From positions 1,905,462 through 1,969,461 of the forward strand of contig JBLDXI010000028.1 of the NCBI GenBank assembly GCA_047495785.1: a stretch of 64,000 bases of DNA, given 5' to 3'. The position numbers and the translations under genes were made by a program. Of the stretch, positions 57,105 through 64,000 are shown in pieces (the stretch's first letter is position 1; each line of letters begins with the position of its first letter). Below the pieces are notes generated by a model, which was given only the letters and a program-made list of their open reading frames with translations, searched no databases and was not told the DNA's origin. The stretch is from Lepidodermella squamata (lineage: Eukaryota; Animalia; Gastrotricha).

Positions 57105-58140
57105 TTACCATTGTTATTAGATTTTCGTATTCAGCTTTGGTCAATCTATTGTTCTTCAAAAGAAAATCTGCAATGCTCACAACTTCGTTATATATTTCAG
57201 CGTTATTGTTTCCCGCTCTGATTTCACCAATCGCGTTTACAAGCCTCTTTTGGGCATCAACAACATCAGTTACGTAAATTCTGTTCCAGATTTTAGAATG
57301 GGGTTTGGGTCGATATCCAGTCAGTTCACAAATTTTTTGATATTGATCGTAGTCTTGCTTAGAAAAGTTCACCTTCGGATTGTACCTTTTCAAGAGCAAT
57401 TGTTTGACACCATCACTTATGTCTATATCGGCTAAACCTTGCACTTTACCTTTATTCTTCTTGCGAATCCTTAAAACCCCTCGCTTTATGTCGTCTTTTC
57501 TGGCGTAAAACCTACCAATTTTTAAATAATTGTTGGATATACCTGTACCAGATTTCTCAAGTAGCACCCGTTGATTCTCAAAAGTCTCAAGCAACGAGTT
57601 CTTGAAGTTTTTCAAAATTTGTATATCATTTTGAATCGATTGATACTGTGGAGAGTCTTTGTATCCTTTTTTAGTGAGTTGAGCTAATTGGGAGCCCAAA
57701 ACATTTTTATTATAGTGCGAAAGAGATACAATAATATGCGCGGGATCAGCCCCAGCCTCTTCAATCTCTTTAGCTGTGGGGAAGTTATGTCTCTTCAAAA
57801 CTATGTTCTCCACTGATTCCTTCGCCTCTTCAGTTGTCGGCTCCGCCTTTGGTAATACCGCTTCCAGACGATGCGGGTGATTAGCTGTTGGTAAGCTTCT
57901 CTTTGCTGTTTGTTTGAGCTCCTTGGCAACTGATCTTATTGCTTCCACAGTTGGCATCTGCCTGTAAGTCTCTTGCAAAGCTGTAAGGGGATCGGGTTCA
58001 ACATTTACACTATGCTTATACTTTAAAGCATATACATCGCCTTTAACCATGGCCAAGTGTCGGTCGTACATCTTTTCCTGCTTATCTAAATCTTCAAGAA
58101 TTCGAATTTGTTCATCAGTTGTTAATTCGCGTAGCGGCAT
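57097..58140 (-). CDS. Conserved Polinton/adintovirus protein, unknown function
   Basis: C-terminal RLVNAIGEIRAGNNN...EVVSIADFLLKNNRLT motif and internal SGTG|I site. Start moved to the ATG at 58140 (track start is GTG; TCTA motif 11 nt upstream). Confidence 0.7.
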   Translation of the reverse strand: MPLRELTTDEQIRILEDLDKQEKMYDRHLAMVKGDVYALKYKHSVNVEPDPLTALQETYRQMPTVEAIRSVAKELKQTAKRSLPTANHPHRLEAVLPKAEPTTEEAKESVENIVLKRHNFPTAKEIEEAGADPAHIIVSLSHYNKNVLGSQLAQLTKKGYKDSPQYQSIQNDIQILKNFKNSLLETFENQRVLLEKSGTGISNNYLKIGRFYARKDDIKRGVLRIRKKNKGKVQGLADIDISDGVKQLLLKRYNPKVNFSKQDYDQYQKICELTGYRPKPHSKIWNRIYVTDVVDAQKRLVNAIGEIRAGNNNAEIYNEVVSIADFLLKNNRLTKAEYENLITMVNG

Positions 58141-58340
58141 ATCACTCTGACTAGAATAAATCGCTCCTTGTTCGCCCAGCGGTCGCTCCTCGTTAGCCAC
58201 ATGATCGCTTTTTGAACGCCAAATGATCGCCCATTGAACGCTCAGTTGAACTCATCTTATATTGGAGATAATCAGCAAAGCTAAGATAATTCAAACTGTT
58301 TGATAGATAATTTAAACTAATTTCTAATAGTTAAAAATGA

Positions 58341-59033
58341 TTAGGCGAAGATTGAAGCGTAGTTAGCTCTTAGTCTTAGACACTGTGGCTTGCTTTGACC
58401 GTCAATGATAAACGAACCATGAGGAAGGCTTACGGCTTCATTGTACTTGGCAATAAACTCTGTTGTCTTAATTGAGGGGGCGTATATTCGATGAATTAGG
58501 CTCAGCTCCCTGTTGTCTGCCAGCTTCTTCAGCACAACAAAATCGGCATTATCCCTAATTGTCTTTGGGATCTTAAAATATGACTGCGAAAGATAAAAGG
58601 CTGACGCGTTGTATTTTCGGCATCTTATCCACATTGCACCGATATGTGTTTCTTGCAGCTTCTTTTGCTCCATGCAGATATCGTCGAAAGCATAAGCATG
58701 CTGGAAACTTTTATCCAGGCTCTCAAGAGGCATGACTTCAGAAATGTCATTGGAAGAGTGAACAAGGCTTACTGAAATTCCTTGCTTGGAAAGAATGTCT
58801 TCCTTTTGTTTCTGAAGCCTAATCAAGTACTCGTACTTGTCCTCATCTAGAGTTTTACTATATAAGTAGATCTTGTGAAAAAATGAGTTATGCAGTATAG
58901 TCAAAAGATCTGAAGTCTTTCCGGTCCCGGACGGTCCAATAATAAGACATCGAAAAGGATGCTGAGGGAAAAAGGGCGATCCATTTTTGTACTCCTGTCG
59001 CTGTGATTGAACGATGCTGTCCCAATTAATCAT
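58341..59033 (-). CDS. A32/FtsK-like genome-packaging ATPase
   Basis: PFRCLIIGPSGTGKT (Walker A), YAFDDI (Walker B), RKYNASAFYLSQSYFKIPKTIRDNA. Likely ATG at 59033. Confidence 0.92.
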   Translation of the reverse strand: MINWDSIVQSQRQEYKNGSPFFPQHPFRCLIIGPSGTGKTSDLLTILHNSFFHKIYLYSKTLDEDKYEYLIRLQKQKEDILSKQGISVSLVHSSNDISEVMPLESLDKSFQHAYAFDDICMEQKKLQETHIGAMWIRCRKYNASAFYLSQSYFKIPKTIRDNADFVVLKKLADNRELSLIHRIYAPSIKTTEFIAKYNEAVSLPHGSFIIDGQSKPQCLRLRANYASIFA

Positions 59034-59069
59034 TTGCTCTTTATTTAGATTTTCAAGTCCTAATGAATA

Positions 59070-60491
59070 ATGTTTGACAGAATAATTAACAGCTTGCCGG
59101 TGGAATTTCATTTACCGAGTTATCCCGTTCAAGGAGAAATCGTTCCTGGAGGGTCTTATAACAATAAGCAGTCATATAGCTACGCTGGCCCAGGAACACA
59201 TTTTGCGCAAAGAATGAGGCAGGGCTACAGAGGTATAAATGAGTTGGACGAGGCAGCCAGAGAACATGACGCTGCCTATCACTTTTACAAAGACAGAGAG
59301 CGACGCACCGTTAGCGATAGAATTCTTGCAGACAAGGCACTCAGGATTGCAAGCGATCTATCGAAAAGTGGTTACGAGAGGGCTATGGCAGCATTTGTCT
59401 ACAAAACGTTCGTTGAAGGTGGAATCGCTGACCACCTGCAGGGGAAAGGCATGGTTCTTCGAGATAGGAAACCTGTTAGTTACTCGCAACAAATTCCGAA
59501 GCGAAAGACAAAACAAGAGCCGCCGCGATCAGAAACAGTTAGCAAAATGAAGTTTGAAACATTAGCTGAGGAGCTTCATAAACCCGCAAGAAAGCGGTTT
59601 CCAAGACGTCGCGTTCATGTGCATAACGTTGACGACACATGGGGCATGGACATCGTCTTCATGAACGACTTGACCGATGACAATAATGGCTATAAGTACA
59701 TTTTAACCGTGATATGCTGCTTCAGCAGATATGCATGGGCCGTCCCCTTGAAATCAAAAGACGCAAAAAGTGTTTTCGATGCCTTCTCATCAGTTATAAA
59801 GACAAGCCGACGACAGCCTAAAAATATTTGGGTCGATGAGGGCAGTGAATTTTATAATTCAATCTTCACTAAATGGTTGAAAGCAAATAAGGTGAATCGG
59901 TACTCGACCTATGAAAATTTTCATAATCCTATGATCGAGAGGTTTAACAGGACTCTTAAAACTAGAATGTGGAAACGCTTTACACGAAACAACTCACGCA
60001 ATTGGGTTGCAATATTAGATGACCTAGTTAGAGAGTACAACCTTACTAAGCACAGATCGATTCGAATGACGCCAATTCAGGCGACTGATCCAAAGAATAG
60101 AGACATCGTTCACAACAATTTGTACGCGGAATCAGAGGAAAATAAGTTACTTAAGCCCAAATTCGCTGTTGGTGACATTGTGAGGATCAGTCGACTGAAA
60201 GAGACCTTTGAAAAAGGTTTCCACCCTTCATGGAGTGAAGAACTTCTCAAAGTCGTCAAGGTTAACGAAACCCTTCCTAGAACCTATAAAATTGAGGCTC
60301 TAGATGGTGAACCAGTAGTAGGTAGCTTCTACGAACAGGAATTGCAGAAATCTTCCCAACAGCAAGAAAACCTTTACCGGGTTGAAAAGATTTTGAGAAG
60401 AAAGAAAGTTAAAGGTAAGGAAATGGTTCACGTCAAATGGGCAGGATATGATAAGCCGACTTGGGAGCCCGCAGATAACTTGTTGGATTAG
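59070..60491 (+). CDS. Fusion of parvovirus-type phospholipase A2, retroviral-like (rve) integrase and chromodomain
   Basis: YSYAGPGT...INELDEAAREHDAAY (PLA2). WGMDIV / IWVDEGSEF / IERFNRTLK (DDE). YRVEKIL...VKWAGYDKPTWEP (chromodomain). Confidence 0.92.
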   Translation: MFDRIINSLPVEFHLPSYPVQGEIVPGGSYNNKQSYSYAGPGTHFAQRMRQGYRGINELDEAAREHDAAYHFYKDRERRTVSDRILADKALRIASDLSKSGYERAMAAFVYKTFVEGGIADHLQGKGMVLRDRKPVSYSQQIPKRKTKQEPPRSETVSKMKFETLAEELHKPARKRFPRRRVHVHNVDDTWGMDIVFMNDLTDDNNGYKYILTVICCFSRYAWAVPLKSKDAKSVFDAFSSVIKTSRRQPKNIWVDEGSEFYNSIFTKWLKANKVNRYSTYENFHNPMIERFNRTLKTRMWKRFTRNNSRNWVAILDDLVREYNLTKHRSIRMTPIQATDPKNRDIVHNNLYAESEENKLLKPKFAVGDIVRISRLKETFEKGFHPSWSEELLKVVKVNETLPRTYKIEALDGEPVVGSFYEQELQKSSQQQENLYRVEKILRRKKVKGKEMVHVKWAGYDKPTWEPADNLLD

Positions 60492-60516
60492 TTCAATCAT
60501 GACCGCACAGTGAAGC

Positions 60517-60825
60517 CTATGAGAGCAATTTTTGCAGTTTTATTGCCAACATTTGATTTATAATTTCCTCTATATCCTTCGTCGTAAGGTTTTCAGGCTT
60601 AGGCTCACACGTTCTGCCACTTGTGATCGCTCCTTCCATTTGTGAAGTTACTTCATGACATTTTCCCTGTACAGGGTTTGCACGACTTGCTCTAACAACT
60701 TCCATAGTTTTCTTCCAATAGTTTTTGCAAGCTATACGATGCTGATCACGATAGCCTGTCTCGCGTTCTTCTTCAGTCAGATATTTCTTCGGGCGACCTC
60801 TTTGCTTAATCGTGTTTGTAGTCAT
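60517..60825 (-). CDS. Small basic protein with AT-hook-like RGRPKK
   Basis: KQRGRPKKYLTEEER...KNYWKK. TCTA motif 13 nt upstream. Confidence 0.65.
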   Translation of the reverse strand: MTTNTIKQRGRPKKYLTEEERETGYRDQHRIACKNYWKKTMEVVRASRANPVQGKCHEVTSQMEGAITSGRTCEPKPENLTTKDIEEIINQMLAIKLQKLLS

Positions 60826-60917
60826 TATATATTATCATTAGAAAAAAACTATATAAGATTTTCTGCAATTGCGGAAAATTACTTAAAGATTTTTTTCTTA
60901 GTATAATATATACAATC

Positions 60918-63900
60918 ATGACCGACAACAGTGAAACCAATGTAATGGGACCTAACGGTCGTCGTATTAAGGTTGGTGGCCGAGCATACAATACGCTATT
61001 GAGGAAGGGTTTTGAATTAAAAGATAACCGTTGGACGAAGGGTGGGATGCCTTACGAGAGAACCCAACGGAAAACAGTATTAAATCCTATCACGCAAAAA
61101 TATATTTCTATCGGTTCGTCCAATTTCAAAAAACTTGAGAAGGAGTTTTTCTATGACGAAGCGAATAATCAGCTTATGAAACGAGGTGTGAGCAAGATAA
61201 AAAGGGGCAGCCAGGACTATCAGAGGCTGCGTAAAGATGGCTATATCTTGAATTCTGCTGGTGAAATGGTGTTCCGAGGGCAGAAAGAAAATCATGTCAT
61301 AAATCCTAAGACTTTGAAATTCATCAAATGGGGTGGACCAACGTATAACAAGATGATTGCCGACGGCTATATTTATATCGAGCGCATTAACTCTCTCGAG
61401 AATAACAATTATATGGAATTTAATGAGCAGAAAAATCCCGAGCATTTAAAGAATATCCTCTATAGGTTAGACATTGAAGCTCATAATTCAGGAAGTGATT
61501 TCCATCTATTCACCGAAAAGGTTAGAGAATCAGTTGTTGATTACGTGCAAGAAAAATTAGAGCAAAATGATAACATTAAAATAGTGTTTAACGCTGATTT
61601 GAATTGGAAAAAAGACAACAATAGTAAATCAGAACATAAATGGTCTTCCGCTGTAAAGGCTGCCCCAGTTATCAGGAAATATGATGACATAGGGAGCGTT
61701 GTAGACCAACACTTCTCTCAACTTGGTGGTTCCATTGAGAATTACGAGCAGCGCGGCTCCGGATGGATCTTCCAAAACATTTCGCGACTCCGTGTTTGTG
61801 CTTTCAGCTACTGCCCGTTAGGGACAGGATCTTACATTCCAACACCGAAGTTTATTGCAGATAAAAAGGCCGTTATAAATGTTAAAAACACCGACGATGA
61901 ATGCATTATCTGGAGCATGCTGGCTTGCTTGCATCCAGTAGATAAAAATGCACAGGAAACATCCAAGTACAAGTTTTTTAAAAATGAACTGAAACATGAC
62001 GGTATCAAGTTTCCCATTTCGTGGAACGACATTTCAAATCTTGAAGATCAGAATAGGATAAAGATCAACGTGATTGAATACAAAGAAAAAGATGGTTGCC
62101 ATCGCCTCATTTCATACTACGCGTCGAAGAAACCTTACGCCCAAGAAGTTAACCTTCTGCGAACTACTCTCAGAGACGGTGCTAAGGTGATAGCACACTT
62201 CAGCTGGATAAAAAATTTGAGCCGGTTGCTACCTAGTTCTGATCAGCACAAAAAGCATTGGTGCTTACAGTGTCTGACTGGATTTGACAGCGAAATAAAG
62301 CTGAAAGAGCATAATTGCATAGTAAATGGCAACGTCATAGTGAAGTTTCCTCCGAAAGGTAGCCAAGTTATTTTCAAAAATTACTACAAGCAGCTTGAAG
62401 TACCGTTCGTTTTCTATTGTGATGCGGAGACTACGCTAACGAATTCCGATGTTCAAAAGGGTAGGTCCTTGATTTATCAGAAGCATGTTGCGAATTCCTT
62501 CGGATGTTTACTGGCTAGTAAGGTACCTGAAATCCGTTCGAAGTATTGGCAGTTTGAAGGGGCAAATTGTGCGGAGCAGTTCCTGAGATTCTTGATTAAA
62601 AAGCAATACAGTTTGAGGAAATTTATCCAGGAAACCAATAAAGACATGGTGTTATCTCAACCAGAGCAACAAAGTTATGATAATGCACAGCACTGCCATG
62701 TTTGCCGAAGCGCCTTGGGCGACGATAAAGTCCGCGATCATGACCATCTTACAGGCCGTTTCAGGGGAGCTGCTCATAATGCCTGCAATCTGAATTTGAA
62801 TCTCAAGCATTCTTTCATCCCGGTTGTTTTTCATAACCTGAGTGGGTACGATTCGCACTTGATAATGCAGGCAGCCGGAAAAGTAGTGAACGAAATCAAT
62901 GGAGAAAAGATTGCAAATTTCAAAAAAGAAGACAAAAAGAAAAGACCAAACCTGTTGACGATTGACGTCATAGCTAATTCCTCGGAAAAGTATTTAAGTT
63001 TTAGTATAGGCAAACTTCGATTTATCGATTCGTTTCAGTTTATGAGTGAAAGCCTGGACCAAATAGTCAGTAATCTGAAAAAATCGGGAAAGAGATTCGC
63101 TCATTTTGATGAACAGCTTTCCAAGTTCACAACTGAACAAAGATCCCTGCTGCTTCGTAAGGGAGTGTATCCGTACGATTATATAGATAGCCTCGACAAA
63201 CTGAATGAAACTCAGCTACCGAATAAGTCACATTTCTCAAACAGACTAAATTCTTGTTCGCTTGATGATAACAAAATCGAAATAACTTCTATATCTGACG
63301 AGGATTATGAACACGCACAAGCCGTTTGGTCAAAACTGAATTGCAAAACTCTGAAAGACTACCACGACCTGTATTTGAAAACAGATGTTCTCTTGTTAGC
63401 AGATTGTTTTGACAGTTTTCGAGACACCTGCATAAGCTATTACGATCTGGACCCGGCGCATTATTTAGGTGCACCTGGGTTAAGTTGGGACGCGATGTTG
63501 AAATACACACGTGTTGAACTGGATCTCTTTGATAATAAGGAGATGCTTGAATTCGTTGAAAAAGGCATAAGAGGCGGTATAGCTGTTATTCCTGGGAGGT
63601 ACGCGAAGGCTAACAACGAAGGTATGACAGACTATGACGCAAATGCTCCGAAATCGTTTATAATGTATTGGGACGCCAACGCGCTTTATTCTTTCGCGAT
63701 GACCCAGTGGTTACCGCAGAAAGACTTCGAATGGATTGGTCCTGAAACAATCACCAAAGATTTCGTGAAGTCAATTGGGGCCAAAGACGAATTCGGGTAC
63801 ATGCTGGAGGTTGATATCGACTATCCTGCAAGGCTTCATAACTCACATAATGACTATCCGTTTTGTCCAGAGCATATTCTTTGCGAACCGAGCCCTCACA

Positions 63901-64000
63901 TGCAAGATCTGCATAAGCAATTAGGACTTAACAGGCCGGCGAAGGTGAAAAAGCTAACACAAAATCTGAACGACAAGAAAAATTACGTCATGCACTATCG
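60918..64000 (+). CDS. Protein-primed family B DNA polymerase (pPolB), open at the window end and missed by the ORF track
   Basis: Continuous frame from ATG 60918: GSGW, SYIPTP...VINVKNTDDECIIWS (vOTU-like), C2H2 finger, YCDAET (ExoI), CHVC...DHDHLTGRFRGAAHNACN, FHNLSGYDSH (ExoII), RKGVYPYDY, YLKTDVLLLAD (ExoIII), IRGG, YWDANALYSFAM (motif A). Confidence 0.95.
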   Translation, partial: MTDNSETNVMGPNGRRIKVGGRAYNTLLRKGFELKDNRWTKGGMPYERTQRKTVLNPITQKYISIGSSNFKKLEKEFFYDEANNQLMKRGVSKIKRGSQDYQRLRKDGYILNSAGEMVFRGQKENHVINPKTLKFIKWGGPTYNKMIADGYIYIERINSLENNNYMEFNEQKNPEHLKNILYRLDIEAHNSGSDFHLFTEKVRESVVDYVQEKLEQNDNIKIVFNADLNWKKDNNSKSEHKWSSAVKAAPVIRKYDDIGSVVDQHFSQLGGSIENYEQRGSGWIFQNISRLRVCAFSYCPLGTGSYIPTPKFIADKKAVINVKNTDDECIIWSMLACLHPVDKNAQETSKYKFFKNELKHDGIKFPISWNDISNLEDQNRIKINVIEYKEKDGCHRLISYYASKKPYAQEVNLLRTTLRDGAKVIAHFSWIKNLSRLLPSSDQHKKHWCLQCLTGFDSEIKLKEHNCIVNGNVIVKFPPKGSQVIFKNYYKQLEVPFVFYCDAETTLTNSDVQKGRSLIYQKHVANSFGCLLASKVPEIRSKYWQFEGANCAEQFLRFLIKKQYSLRKFIQETNKDMVLSQPEQQSYDNAQHCHVCRSALGDDKVRDHDHLTGRFRGAAHNACNLNLNLKHSFIPVVFHNLSGYDSHLIMQAAGKVVNEINGEKIANFKKEDKKKRPNLLTIDVIANSSEKYLSFSIGKLRFIDSFQFMSESLDQIVSNLKKSGKRFAHFDEQLSKFTTEQRSLLLRKGVYPYDYIDSLDKLNETQLPNKSHFSNRLNSCSLDDNKIEITSISDEDYEHAQAVWSKLNCKTLKDYHDLYLKTDVLLLADCFDSFRDTCISYYDLDPAHYLGAPGLSWDAMLKYTRVELDLFDNKEMLEFVEKGIRGGIAVIPGRYAKANNEGMTDYDANAPKSFIMYWDANALYSFAMTQWLPQKDFEWIGPETITKDFVKSIGAKDEFGYMLEVDIDYPARLHNSHNDYPFCPEHILCEPSPHMQDLHKQLGLNRPAKVKKLTQNLNDKKNYVMHY

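Larger units (their letters stand above)
52304..60842 (-). promoter_or_regulatory. Recurrent TCTA-N(11-14)-ATG putative late-promoter motif of the element
   Basis: Reads TAGA on + at 52304, 52960, 53617, 54640, 56034, 56355, 57118, 58152, 59046 and 60839, each 11-14 nt from a minus-strand start codon. Confidence 0.75.
49577..64000. mobile_element. Polinton/Maverick (adintovirus-like endogenous virus); right end beyond the window
   Basis: Intronless, densely packed ORFs: pPolB, rve integrase, A32-like ATPase, major and minor capsid proteins, adenain. The left end is inferred from an AGTAGT terminus at 49577 and is less certain than the element call. Confidence 0.93.

Noticed and set aside
61080-63510. 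Short minus-strand ORFs in the last 3 kb
   Set aside because: Antisense to the continuous pPolB frame.
1-64000. Functional link between the TRIM-ANK array and the neighbouring Polinton
   Set aside because: Only proximity (~18 kb apart, with unrelated genes between) and no shared sequence seen; not supportable from this window.

Overview
Eukaryotic (invertebrate-animal-like) DNA with compact ~50-nt GT-AG introns; the bacterial-style ORF track fragments most genes. (1) 1-31.1 kb: a head-to-tail tandem cluster of eight (one 5'-partial) spliced genes encoding RING + B-box-like + coiled-coil + ~10-12 ankyrin repeats (TRIM-like E3 ligases with an ankyrin C-terminus), in three subfamilies. It also holds a relic copy, patchy gene-conversion tracts and transposon relics in introns and spacers. 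(2) 31.9-46.1 kb: an intronless class C (GABA-B-like) GPCR, an orphan COX5A last exon, a 3'-truncated TRMT1, PAAF1, HACD, and a WDR35/IFT121 gene. The WDR35 gene is disrupted by a CR1-type LINE fragment flanked by a 782-bp duplication, carries a frameshift and lacks its 3' exons. (3) 46.4-49.8 kb: an apparently exact 1672-bp tandem duplication containing nested hAT MITEs. (4) ~49.6 kb to the window end: an apparently intact Polinton/Maverick (adintovirus-like) endogenous virus with pPolB, PLA2-integrase-chromodomain fusion, packaging ATPase, major and minor capsid proteins, adenain protease, a VLTF3-like factor and fiber-like and membrane proteins. Most striking observations: the viral protease has no usable AUG and sits in the -1 frame behind an A_AAA_AAC slippery site (gag-pro-like frameshift); nine viral AUGs, mostly of structural genes, are preceded by TCTA at -11 to -14, like the CroV/mavirus late promoter; and the TRIM-ankyrin array is diversifying.
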